Below, piece by piece: positions 1-13,685 of a stretch of DNA of 64,000 bases. Within the stretch, counting starts at the first letter, position 1. Each line of letters opens with the position of its first letter. The stretch is from Chrysomallon squamiferum. Its lineage: Eukaryota > Animalia > Mollusca. Location of the stretch: assembly GCA_012295275.1 (NCBI GenBank), contig CM022675.1:14880001-14944000 (forward strand), written 5' to 3'. A model generated the notes under the pieces. That model worked only from the letters and a program-made list of their open reading frames with translations. It had not been told where the DNA came from and searched no databases. The translations under genes were made by a program, and so were the position numbers.

Positions 1-102
1 ACACTGTAATATATTTTAAATTACTTTGTCGCACTGTGATGAAACGATATCATTTTTACATAATTATTCAGATTATTATATTTTACTAACGTTATCTTTC
101 AG

Positions 103-3100
103 ACTGTGGTGGAATGACGTGTTTCAACGGAGGAGATCTCAGCGTAAAAACGTGCACTTGTAGCTGCAAAACAAATTTTGGTTCACAGATTATTACAGGA
201 AGCAAATGTGAAAATCGTAAGTAATCTCTCTCTCTCTCTCTCTCTCTCAGATAATGGCGAGGAATTGCCATGGATTGAATGTGAACACAGGATAAAATGG
301 TGTGATGATTTAACTTCAAATATAAAAGGCAGCATACCGCTACGATGAAAAATGATTTCACGTGAAAGACTGGACGGGTGTTAGCCCCATATAAGTCTAC
401 CCAAATAAGAAAATGTTCAGCCTAATTCAAATTAAGTAAATATTAAGTACATTTTCGATCTATCAGCAAGGTGTTAAGATATTGTCAGACATTAATTTAC
501 TACTGTTATATTAACATTTTTTGTTTTGGTTCAGTTATCTGCCCCGCTGCTCCTCTAAACCCTGCATCCTGTAAGACGTCCTCATGCATCAAAGGCTTCG
601 AGTTTGCTTACCAGTTCTGTCCTCAGACATGTGGAGTCTGTCCAGGTAAATGTCCGAATACAGACATGATCTCTCTTACTTTTTATAAGTAAATATGACG
701 ATACCATTATGTATAATATCTATATCAACGTAGGGAAGTGTTGTATGTTTAAAGACATTAGATATTTACTAATTGTTGTCATATTAAACTGTTACTAACT
801 GTTGTAACATTAAACATTTTATACTTGTTGTGATATTAAGATTTTAATAATTGTTCTCATACTGAAAATGTAGCAATTCCTCATTTCATTTTTAGTTTAA
901 GATTAACCTGGGCTTTATTTATTACTTCTTTTTTGAAAATAAATTCAGACAATTGCACCCTAACGTGTCAAAATGGCGGATATCTGGTTCATGTGACAGA
1001 CACAAATGGAACCAGGTGTATGTGTTATTGTCCAGCACCGTTTAATGGAACTCAGTGTGGTAAGTAATATCAATCAGCTATAGACAGACAGATAGACAGA
1101 TAGATAGATAAATACTGAGATGTAGACTGACAGATAGGTAGAAGGTATCAGAGACAGAGAGAGAAAGAGAGTTTAATTGTCATGCGACAACAATAAAGAA
1201 TTACCTTAGAGGAAAATATTTATTCTGCAGCTTTTCATAGCTGTATATAAAAAAGATTATCTTAGTTATTTTTGAATGTGCAAAGTATTAACTTGACAGT
1301 TTATTTTACAGTTCTAGCCATCTAGTTCACTGAATATTACATATAAGTACACCTGTACTTGCAAATATTTATGTAACTTTCTTTTCTTTCCAGAAAGTAA
1401 ACCACCAGGTAATGTAAATTATTTTTATTTTGGAAGAATCGAATCTGTGCAATAAAATAAATTCTTGAGATTCAGTTGCACAATAGATTTCTCGTATAGT
1501 TCAAACACATAAACAAAAATTATATTGACTTATTATTTGGCTGTTTAAGATCACAAATAAAATAAATGCCTTGCTTTTCAACATATTTAAATCTGCATGG
1601 TCCATGAACTCCTTTTGTGAAATGTAGTCAATAATGTATGAAATTAAAGCTTGTTATCTGAAAGGCTTGAAGCTGATAAACTGTATTGTTCTGTGAACTG
1701 TCCCGGGTGATTAGAGTGTAGTTGCAGCGCTAGAATAAAAAATATCAGCGTTTTCTTCAGAACTGGCTAATTTTAGAAAACAGGTCAATTTGAGATTTTA
1801 TTGTATCATTTACTTTAATACATGCATTCATTTTAAACGTTTGATATGTCTAAGATATAATGTCAGTATTTCCTAGTAGTAAGCACATATATTATCGATA
1901 TATTAATTTCAGTTTTCTTGTCAAGCTACAATTTTACTTTAAAATATCTAACAGTTTTGTATTAATTACAGGATGTTCTCTGGTTTGTCAGAATAATGGA
2001 GTTTTGGATGCCACCTGTTCAAATTGTACATGTGTTAACAACTGGACCGGTCCTACATGTGGTTTGTTGATTTCTACTTCTTTCTTTCTTTTCTACATTT
2101 CTTCCCTTTTTCATTTCATTTGTTATTTCTTGACTTTCTCAGAACAATAATACATGTTTTTCCAAAGAAAAATAAATATTATATGTGTGTTGGGAAATGT
2201 TTTCTATATTTCTCCCTTAGTTGTTGCAGTATGTGTTATAGTTGTACTAATGTTGGTACCATTTTTGTTCAGCTAATTGCAGTTTGAACTGTCAAAACGG
2301 TGGTACAGCAGACGCCAACTGTACGTCATGTACTTGTATTGCTCCATGGACCGGAACTACATGTAGTATGTTTATTTATTTATTAATTAAAATTATTAAA
2401 AAATAATAATAATAAAAATAAAGGTATGAATGAATGATAGAGATAATTACTTACATTAAAAGCAACAACAGTAACAATAACAAAATAATAAAAACAATAT
2501 GACATAAAATATATTAAAATCTTAATTCACAAAAATTGGACTGTTTCTATTCTCCAGCATTTTTATACTGGTGTGTAGTTTAATAATACATTTAATATGT
2601 CACGAAAGAAATCATTTATGTTTATTACTCTTTAAGATTTATAAAAAGGAACAAAAGTGATGAGTACAGAGATAATTTATATTTTAAGGCCAATGTGGAA
2701 TCACTTCGTGCCAAAATGGAGGAAATGTGGACTCAGTAACGTGCAAGTGTCAATGTACAGACCAGTACTTTGGGACAATGTGTGAAAAGAGTAAGTGTTT
2801 TTTTTTAAATATTTTTTAATTAAAACGGTTCTGTCTTTGTTCTAAACACTCTCTGTTTCACACACTTACTTCTCAGTAAAACAATATTTTGTTACTCTTT
2901 GTGCAAAGTGCCTAATTACTTCAGTATATATTAAGTTCTCCGCCGATTTCTTCTCATTTAATGACAGCAGCAGAAGCTACAACAAGGTTTACAGCAAATA
3001 ACAATTTACTGTAGAATGTAATAACATGTCATTAAATGTGTTTGTTTTATTTGTTTCTTCGTCAGCCTGTAGCAGTGGTGCTGCGGATGCTGCCAGCGCT

Positions 3101-4009
3101 GCCTTTCAGCAAACATGTTTGTTGTCAATTACTCGCTCCAACTGTGCAAAGTCATGTGGACTTTGTATAAGTAAGTTTACTGCAGGCAGAGTTCTGTAGC
3201 TTAATACGTTTACATTGCACATACAGTCTATTTAGAATAGTAACTAAACTATGAAAACTGATGGTCATAGTAAGACCAAAGACAAGCACGACAAGAAAAA
3301 TAACTAAAACAACAACAACACATTTATATTGTTCTTGTTTACAATGATGACATTTTGACAATAAGACATCGTGAAGAACACCATGGAAATAAATAAATAA
3401 ATAAAATTAGTGATTATACAACAACAAAACAACAACAACAACAACAACAACAACAATAATAATAATGATAATATGTGGTTACTAACAATGTTTACATACA
3501 TTTATTTACAGCATGTAGGGATAGAAGTACTTATTTCTGTAGAATACTGACCCAGAGGAGTCAAGTGTCAGGAAAAGCTAAGTTTTGCGCTTCAGTAACG
3601 GCAGGAGAGTGCAAATCAGCCTGTCCATGTAATAAGTCTTCTTTTTTCTCCTTTCTCTCTTTTTTATCGTTCTATTCCTCTATTTATTTACTCAATTACT
3701 GCTCAAATTACATTAATATAATATGAGTTAATAAATTAATTATAGTTCAGATTATGTCATTATAATAAGACATTATAAATTAGTTAATTATAGTTCAGAT
3801 TACGTCAGTATAATAAGACATTATAAATTAGTTAATTATAGTTCTGATTACGTCAATGTAATATGACATTATTCGTCAGTTATGTAATTACATTACATTA
3901 TAAGAAATAGTTTCTTTATAGATTTGCCAGTTACATTATGTAATATTACCTGTATTTCAAGTAAACAAAGGCAAATGTGATAAATCACTAATGTTTTTAT
4001 TTTTCAGAA
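103..4009 (+). CDS. CAP-EGF-ShKT family copy 1, 3' part only (5' exons lie upstream of the window): EGF1, ShKT1, EGF2, linker, EGF3-5, ShKT-like 2, ShKT-like 3
   Basis: Hand-built GT-AG exons, all phase 1-1 and stop-free: 103-216 (DCGGMTCFNGGDLSVKTCTCSCK...KCEN), 535-645 (CPAAPLNPASCKTSSCIKGFEFAYQFCPQTCGVC), 949-1059, 1394-1408 (ESKPP), 1972-2061, 2273-2365, 2689-2790, 3066-3170, 3512-3628, last acceptor AG at 4006-4007. Whether the 5' half is intact cannot be seen. Confidence 0.85.
3735..3860. repeat. 48-bp minisatellite in last intron of copy 1 (3 cores)
   Basis: Unit ataataagacattataaattagttaattatagttcagattacgtcagt read directly. Confidence 0.85.
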
Positions 4010-5855
4010 ACTAATTTCCAGAGAAGAAATCCACATCGTGGAAGAAGATTGCTGTTATTTCTCTAAGAAAATAAATAATAAGAACAACTCTGATGTTTTG
4101 GTTTGTCATTTTGTGAATTTTGTTTTTCTGTTTTCTTTCAAAATTAAAAGGTAGTTTATCTGTGTATGTCTCTCTTTTTCTGTCTCCATGTCTGACTCTA
4201 TAAAAGAAGAAAATGTCCCCACCCCTCGAAAACCCAGAGTGGTATCTAACGGAAAACATTTATTTACAAACTCATTAATGGTTATGTTAAGACATATTTA
4301 TTTTTAATTTAATTACATTTTAAATTAAGCCTTTCTAAGACCACGTTATATATTAATTCAGTTTAGAGTGAATGTAAGTATAAAGAATAATTATAATTTG
4401 TCAATAATAAAACATAAAACACTGCTCACATCTTTACAAATCGTTACAAATCTTTACCATTTTGAAACATTCTACATTTGAATTAACGTTTTTAATCTCT
4501 TTTTATCGCTTAACATGTGTATACAAACACATACGTGCACGAACACACAAACACACATGCACACATAAATCCAGCCCACACAAATAGCAATTATTTGGGT
4601 TAATTTAGATCCGAATTAACTGTGCGGATGCGTGTTCGCATATGTTGAAGAGCCCTGAAGAAATTTCTCAAAAAAAGAAAAGAAAAGGAAAAAGATTACC
4701 CCCCCGAAAAAAAAGAAGCTAAACCCCCAAAAACAAAACAACAACAAAAAAAAAAAAAAAAAAAAAAAAAAAACCCCAACAATAAAAAACAAACAGACAA
4801 AAATTACTAATGCACACTCTCCAGAAAACCCCCACACATTCCAGTCCCAAAATAATATTTGTGTGGTGTAAGTTGTAAATGCTACATTGACGTTTATTTT
4901 AAACTGTCTTAATGTTTTTGATAAATGCACGTGCACGTACTCTGCGTGAGGAATAAGTAATAGTAATGTATGTGTTCCTTTTCTTCTTTTCTTTTGAGAG
5001 GAATGTCATTAAAAAATAATAACAACAAAAACAACATAACAACAAGAACAACAACAATAATGGATATACATTATTTGACTATATCTGGTATAAATATACA
5101 CAAACCTAAACACAAAACAACGACATAAAACCCCAAAATAAAACGAGAACTTACCACAAAAGTAACAATAACAGTAAAAGATCCACACAAAACAACAACA
5201 AACAAACAAAAATCAACAGAAAACAAAACAAAGAAACAACATAAAATATAAAACAAAAGTAAAGAAATCAATAAAATAGGAAATTTCAAAGACAGAAAAA
5301 AAGAAACATTCATTCACTGATTCATTATTAAAATTCCATTCCTGATAAAACGACATAATTATGATTCTTGTCAATACATAGAGAACATTGATAGTGCTAT
5401 AACTAGTTAGCTGAACTCCTTACATAAAACATACCTAATATGTTACAATATCTTACATATTTAATTAAAATTGATATGGCTTATTTTTAATTCATTAACC
5501 CTAGAAAATGTAATGTATAAAACAAGATTTTATAGTATGAATTCAGTAAATAAAAAAATTAAAAATGTAAACTTTGCAGTCAGGCACATATAAAAACATG
5601 AAGAATTAAATATTCATATAATACACAATATGAAACTAGAAATGATAAAAGAAACCAATTCAGTTATTAAACAGTATTTCGTTAAATTTAATATTTACAC
5701 TGACTGTCACATTTGTTTTAAATACAAAAAGTTTAATTAAATTCTCTGTTTACATTTTTAACAACTGTCACATTCAGAAATGCTTTATCTCGACCTATTT
5801 ATTCCTTTCTTCCCACTTGCCTGAAGACAATTAGTCGAAATATTTTAAACACGTC

Positions 5856-5975
5856 GAAATTAATAATTTCAAAACCATTTGCTACGCCTGAACAATCTGT
5901 AAACGTGACTATTTAAAAAAATTCAAACCTCAACTTACTATAAATGGAGGAAGCATACCTGTGCAGACATCACTG
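5856..5975 (+). promoter_or_regulatory. Core promoter of copy 2
   Basis: TATAAA at 5939-5944, Inr-like ATCACT about 30 nt downstream, ATG at 5996; palindrome GAAATTA-A-TAATTTC at 5856-5870, also present upstream of copies 3 and 4. Confidence 0.65.
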
Positions 5976-6423
5976 ATCTGAGAAACTTTGTAAAAATGAC
6001 TTTGATTCAAGTTGTTGCCGTTTATTTGATGCTTCCAGTTTTCAGTGTCTTCATACTGGTAAATATATTTAGTTCTATTCTTTCTTTTATAATTTTAATT
6101 TTAATTTTAATATTGTATTGTATTGTATTGCATTGCTTTACGTTGCATTGTCTTGTGTTATGTTGTGTTGTATTTATGTCTGTGTGTTTGTGTTTGTATT
6201 TGTATTTAACAGTAATGCTTGTTTAGTTTGTCTTGAAGGTTGAAAATGAAATATTTCAAAATTAAGTATAAAAGATTTAATTTCCTTTTATTTCTTTCTG
6301 TTCATGAGCATAATAATAGTGAAGTACAATTCGAAAAAAAAGATGTATTTTAATTTCGATTATAGCAACAAAAACGACAATAACAACAGTAACAAAAATA
6401 ATCACCATCAAAGTAATCACATA

Positions 6424-6961
6424 TCGGTGGAGGAGCCCTCAACTGAAATTCTGAAATCAGGAAAAACTCCGATTTTCAGTTCTAGTTTTGCGGAAATTTA
6501 AATTGCACAGTGGAGAGTTTAATTATTCACGGTAATTTTGTACTCAATCCTGGCCTTGAAACACCGGTGAGAACACCTGAAATCTTAATAGTTGCACTGA
6601 GTAAAAATCTGCCACCACAGTTAGAGTCTGTGTTGAAGTCATCTGTAGAACACAACTTGGTAGCACACCCGACAGTTTGGTTTCGTGAATATATATCACT
6701 GACAGTGCCACTTTCACAGCAATACTGTACCTGTCACTGTGACCATATTCAGTTGGTGAGTTCTGCCTCTGTCAACATGGGGAATATGTATAATGAATTA
6801 CACATATTTCCTAAGTGAATCAGAAATTACACAAATGTACTGAAATTTTCATGAATTATACATATTTTCTCTAACACATATACATCCACGCCCATACACA
6901 TACGTTCCAACATCCAAAATATTCCAGATCCAAGCATTTCGGACAAGGGATTTTCAGCCTG
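6424..6961. mobile_element. Degenerate Tigger4/Zombi-like non-autonomous DNA transposon in intron 1 of copy 2
   Basis: Right end ccaagcatttcggacaagggattttcagcctg|TA and left end ccctcaactgaaattctgaaatc resemble remembered Tigger4-type termini; TA flanks; equivalent copy in intron 1 of copy 3. Family assignment is from memory. Confidence 0.5.
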
Positions 6962-9407
6962 TACTGAATATAATGATAAAAGATTGGTTAAAATACTAAT
7001 GTTAATGTATGATGATGATTGCTATTTGTTTCTTTTCTTTTCCATTTTTCTTTGTAGATGAACTCAAGCAACGTGTAAAAAGAGATGTAAGAATTTCATT
7101 AAAATTATTGATACATTTTGATTTGTTTTATATTTTTATTTTCGACTTTCTTGTTTTTCGCATGGGTGTGAATATGATTTTTTTTGATCCATAACATTCG
7201 ATGTGCAATATGGATCAGGGAACCGCAGTTCCACTGTTACCAGCCGACATCACTGCTGCCGTTGCAGAGCTCAACAACATCAGGAACACAGTAGACCCAT
7301 CCGCAGACAACATGGAAAAAATGGTTAGAATATTATAACATTTTTAGTTTCTCATATTGTAAAGAATATTATCTCCAAAACAATTTATTTTCTTTTTATA
7401 GCAGACAACTAAACTTGTAGAAGTAACTGTCTTTTTCCTCATCTTTCCTAAAAACAAACCTGTCTGCCTGTCCGAATATCATTCTCTCTCGACTAATCTA
7501 TCCACCTATTTTATATCTGTCAGTATATATATATGTATATATAAAACAAGAAAACAACAATAAAATAAATAAACCAGCTATAACAAACATATTTAAATTG
7601 TTAACACTGCATGACCAGACTATCAAAAATATAAATTACACGCACACACTCACATACATATATAAACGCGCACTGAGATGGATAATTATATAGCTATATA
7701 TTATTTTGCAGATTTGGGATGAGGAACTGGCTAAAATAGCAGAAGCGCATGCAACACAGTGTAAACAATATCCCGAAATCGAAAACGAACGCCAAGCTTT
7801 TGGTACATTTCTTTTTCAATAACAAGACACATTTGTGTCTTTGTGTGTATTTTTTGTATAGAGTAAAAATGATAAAATGAAAAGATATTAAATTAAACAA
7901 TATCAAAGGAATCAGAAATTATATGTAACAAAATATTTTTCAGGTCTGCCTAACGTCTTTATTGGTCAGAACTTTTTCAAGTCAAGTAATGTCGAGTCAA
8001 ACATACTTCCTGCAATAGCAAATTGGGGAACACAAAAATCCCAATTTGTTTATGGAGATGATTTTGGTAATGCAATAACAGCTGCACATTTATACCCAGG
8101 TAAAATGTTTCTATTTATCTTATTTAAAACTAATACTTCAGCGTCCTTTAACCCACCCGTTGTATACACCCACTAGGTTGTATGTTCTTGTATAATGATG
8201 AAATGAAATGAAATCTGCTATAACGTGTTGGAAATATATTTAGTGTATAACGATGAGGAGAAAAAACTCATTCTCGGCTTATTTATTCTTGTCTGCGTGT
8301 CGCCAAGTCTTTCTGCACTGGTGATAGAAACTGTATGTATCTCGTGGCGACAAAACAATAAGGTAGCAGCTAATCTGGATGTACAAAACGCTTTCATTTT
8401 AAAACATTTTATAATATTTTATATTTGTTCTTTACAGATGATATTTCACCGGTCTTCAAAGGTTGGCTGTGGCATTGCTAACTGTTCGACTGGAGGTGTT
8501 GATGGTAACACTACTGTTAAGAGTGTAGTTGTTTGTAACTTCGCTCACAGGTAAGTAATATATTAATTATTTATTTTTGTTGTTTGTACAATAAATGACA
8601 ACATCATCATCATCTTCGTTGCTAACAACAACAACAACAGCATTAACAATAGCAACAAAAAGAATAACCACAACAAGAACAAAAACGACAATAATAACGG
8701 CAATGATAACATTTATATCTGACTGATTTAATTATGTGAGCAAGAAATCATTAAATACATTTTTACTCTTCAGAACACATCACCATTTATTACTCTGATG
8801 TTTTGAAGTATGTCACTAAAATATAAACGGATATTTATTTAACTATCTAAGGAAAGTAATCTTAACTATTATTATAAGCATACGGTGTATTAAGAATAAC
8901 AGTATTGGAAATATTAGAATAAAACATACTGAAGTAATAAAATAATAATAATATTACATACTGTCAGTTTAAGAATTTAGCATATTTAAAAGCTGAAATG
9001 ACCGTAACTCAAACAACTGCATATTGTCAGTATCAAAAAGTCGAGTATTAAACACAATAATTGTAACTTTAAAAAACTTTTAATATTTGTTGTCAATATA
9101 AGCATTCAATATTTAAATATTCAAACAAGAATATTGTGTGGCATTTTTAAATACTGAAATGATAGTTATTAATTACATGTAGTTTAATGTTGAAACGAGA
9201 ATATTTGGTATAAATCTATGGCAATTTTAAACACTGAAATGATAGTAACCAGACAGTTATTAATTACACGTATTTTCCCCAGCCCTCTGACAGTAAATGA
9301 GTTAGCGCAACCTTACTGTGCAACTGGCCTTGGCTGTGATACATGCGCCACAAAAGACGCGAATTATACATCACTGTGTGGTGAGTGGATTTTTACACTC
9401 AAAACTT

Positions 9408-9585
9408 GTATCGTGATTTTAATACTACTAATAATTTATACAACTATGTATCGTGATTTTAATACTCGTAATAATTTATACAACTATGTATCGTGATTTT
9501 AATACTACTACTAATTTATACAACTATGTATCGTGATTTTAATACTCGTAATAATTTATACAGCTATGTATCGTGATTTTAATAC
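9408..9585. repeat. 40-bp minisatellite in intron 7 of copy 2 (~4.5 units)
   Basis: Unit tatcgtgattttaatactactaataatttatacaactatg. Confidence 0.85.
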
Positions 9586-9910
9586 TCACTGTTGCAACAT
9601 CGTGAAGAAAATACTTATTGCAATTATTTTATCTTTCATATTTTACTAAGTGAATCCATCATGATCAAGTGTAATAATGAGTTTTTACACTGTAATATAT
9701 TTTAAATTACTTTGTCGCACTGTGATGAAACGATAAAATTTTTACATAATTATTCAGATTATTATATTTTATTAACGTTATCTTTCAGACTGTGGTGGAA
9801 TGACGTGTTTCAACGGAGGAGATCTCAGCGTAAAAACGTGCACTTGTAGATGCAAAACAAATTTTGGTTCACAGATTATTACAGGAAGCAAATGTGAAAA
9901 TCGTAAGTAA

Positions 9911-10006
<96 letters not shown>

Positions 10007-13000
10007 ATAATGGCGAGGAATTGCCATGGATTGAATGTGAACACAGGATAAAATGGTGTGATGATTTAACTTCAAATATAAAAGGCAGCATATCGCTACG
10101 ATGAAAAATGATTTCACGTGAAAGACTGGACGGGTGTTAGCCCCATATAAGTCTACCCAAATAAGAAAATGTTCAGCCTAATTCAAATTAAGTAAATATT
10201 AAGTACATTTTCGATCTATCAGCAAGGTGTTAAGATATTGTCAGACATTAATTTACTACTGTTATATTAACATTTTTTGTTTTGGTTCAGTTATCTGCCC
10301 CGCTGCTCCTCTAAACCCTGCATCCTGTAAGACGTCCTCATGCATCAAAGGCTTCGAGTTTGCTTACCAGTTCTGTCCTCAGACATGTGGAGTCTGTCCA
10401 GGTAAATGTCCGAATACAGACATGATCTCTCTTACTTTTTATAAGTAAATATGACGATACCATTATGTATAATATCTATATCAACGTAGGGAAGTGTTGT
10501 ATGTTTAAAGACATTAGAGTTTTACTAATTGTTGTCATATTAAACTGTTACTAACTGTTGTAACATTAAACATTTTATACTTGTTGTGATATTAAGATTT
10601 TAATAATTGTTCTCATACTGAAAATGTAGCAATTCCTGATTTAATTTTTAGTTTAAGATTAACCTGGGCTTTATTTATTACTTCTTTTTTGAAAATAAAT
10701 TCAGACAATTGCACCCTAACGTGTCAAAATGGCGGATATCTGGTTCATGTGACAGACACAAATGGAACCAGGTGTATGTGTTATTGTCCAGCACCGTTTA
10801 ATGGAACTCAGTGTGGTAAGTAATATCAATCAGCTATAGACAGACAGATAGACAGATAGATAGATAAATACTGAGATGTAGACTGACAGATAGGTAGAAG
10901 GTATCAGAGACAGAGAGAGAAAGAGAGTTTAATTGTCATGCGACAACAATAAAGAATTACCTTAGAGGAAAATATTTATTCTGCAGCTTTTCATAGCTGT
11001 ATATAAAAAAAAGATTATCTTAGTTATTTTTGAATGTGCAAAGTATTAACTTCACAGTTTATTTTACAGTTCTAGCCATCTAGTTCACTGAATATTACAT
11101 ATAAGTACACCTGTACTTGCAAATATTTATGTAACTTTCTTTTCTTTCCAGAAAGTAAACCACCAGGTAATGTAAATTATTTTTATTTTGGAAGAATCGA
11201 ATCTGTGCAATAAAATAAATTCTTGAGATTCAGTTGCACAATAGATTTCTCGTATAGTTCAAACACATAAACAAAAATTATATTGACTTATTATTTGGCT
11301 GTTTAAGATCACAAATAAAATAAATGCCTTGCTTTTCAACATATTTAAATCTGCATGGTCCATGAACTCCTTTTGTGAAATGTAGTCAATAATGTATGAA
11401 ATTAAAGCTTGTTATCTGAAAGGCTTGAAGCTGATAAACTGTATTGTTCTGTGAACTGTCCCGGGTGATTAGAGTGTAGTTGCAGCGCTAGAATACAAAA
11501 TATCAGCGTTTTCTTCAGAACTGGCTAATTTTAGAAAACAGGTCAATTTGAGATTTTATTGTATCATTTACTTTAATACATGCATTCATTTTAAACGTTT
11601 GATATGTCTAAGATATAATGTCAGTATTTCCTAGTAGTAAGCACATATATTATCGATATATTAATTTCAGTTTTCTTGTCAAGCTACAATTTTACTTTAA
11701 AATATCTAACAGTTTTGTATTAATTACAGGATGTTCTCTGGTTTGTCAGAATAATGGAGTTTTGGATGCCACCTGTTCAAATTGTACATGTGTTAACAAC
11801 TGGACCGGTCCTACATGTGGTTTGTTGATTTCTACTTCTTTCTTTCTTTTCTACATTTCTTCCCTTTTTCATTTCATTTGTTATTTCTTGACTTTCTCAG
11901 AACAATAATACATGTTTTTCCAAAGAAAAATAAATATTATATGTGTGTTGGGAAATGTTTTCTATATTTCTCCCTTAGTTGTTGCAGTATGTGTTATAGT
12001 TGTACTAATGTTGGTACCATTTTTGTTCAGCTAATTGCAGTTTGAACTGTCAAAACGGTGGTACAGCAGACGCCAACTGTACGTCATGTACTTGTATTGC
12101 TCCATGGACCGGAACTACATGTAGTATGTTTATTTATTTATTAATTAAAATTATTAAAAAAAAATAATAATAAAAATAAAGGTATGAATGAATGATAGAG
12201 ATAATTACTTACATTAAAAGCAACAACAGTAACAATAACAAAATAATAAAAACAATATGATATAAAATATATTAAAATCTTAATTCACAAAAATTGGACT
12301 GTTTCTATTCTCCAGCATTTTTATACTGGTGTGTAGTTTAATAATACATTTAATATGTCACGAAAGAAATCATTTATGTTTATTACTCTTTAAGATTTAT
12401 AAAAAGGAACAAAAGTGATGAGTACAGAGATAATTTTTATTTTAAGGCCAATGTGGAATCACTTCGTGCCAAAATGGAGGAAATGTGGACTCAGTAACGT
12501 GCAAGTGTCAATGTACAGACCAGTACTTTGGGACAATGTGTGAAAAGAGTAAGTGTTTTTTTTTTTTTAATATTTTTAATTAAAACGGTTCTGTCTTTGA
12601 TCTAAACACTCTCTGTTTTACACACTTACTTCTCAGTAAAACAATATTTTGTTACTCTTTGTGCAAAGTGCCTAATTACTTCAGTATATATTAAGTTCTC
12701 CGCCGATTTCTTCTCATTTAATGACAGCAGCAGAAGCTACAACAAGGTTTACAGCAAATAACAATTTACTGTAGAATGTAATAACATGTCATTAAATGTG
12801 TTTGTTTTATTTGTTTCTTCGTCAGCCTGTAGCAGTGGTGCTGCGGATGCTGCCAGCGCTGCCTTTCAGCAAACATGTTTGTTGTCAATTACTCGCTCCA
12901 ACTGTGCAAAGTCATGTGGACTTTGTATAAGTAAGTTTACTGCAGGCAGAGTTCTGTAGCTTAATACGTTTACGTTGCACATACAGTCTATTTAGAATAG

Positions 13001-13462
13001 TAACTAAACTATGAAAACTGATGGTCATAGTAAGACCAAAGACAAGCACGACAAGAAAAATAACTAAAACAACAACAACACATTTATATTGTTCTTGTTT
13101 ACAATGATGACATTTTGACAATAAGACATCGTGAAGAACACCATGAAAATAAATAAATAAATAAAATGAATGATTAAACAACAATAATAGTAAAAGTATA
13201 GTAATGTATAATGGAATGGTTTATTTACATTTATTTACAGCATGTAGGGATAGAAATACTTATTTCTGTAGAATACTGACCCAGAGGAGTCAAGTGTCAG
13301 GAAAAGCTAAGTTTTGCGCTTCAGTAACGGCAGGAGAGTGCAAATCAGCCTGTCCATGTAATAAGTCTTCTTTTTTCTCCTTTCTCTCTTTTTTATCGTT
13401 CTATTCCTCTATTTATTTACTCAATTACTGCTCAAATTACATTAATATAATATGAGTTAATA

Positions 13463-13685
13463 AATTAATTATAGTTCAGATTATGTCATTATAATAAGAC
13501 ATTATAAATTAGTTAATTATAGTTCAGATTACGTCAGTATAATAAGACATTATAAATTAGTTAATTATAGTTCAGATTACGTCAGTATAATAAGACATTA
13601 TAAATTAGTTAATTATAGTTCAGATTACGTCAGTATAATAAGACATTATAAATTAGTTAATTATAGTTCAGATTACGTCAATGTA
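13463..13685. repeat. 48-bp minisatellite in last intron of copy 2 (5 cores)
   Basis: Same unit as 3735-3860. Confidence 0.85.

Noticed and set aside
535-645. ShKT1 as a classical Kv1 channel blocker
   Set aside because: Cys spacing (9-4-10-3-2) is close to ShK (8-4-10-3-2), but the positions of the Lys22-Tyr23 dyad are Glu-Phe in copies 1-3 and Asn-Asn in copy 4, so there is no sequence support.
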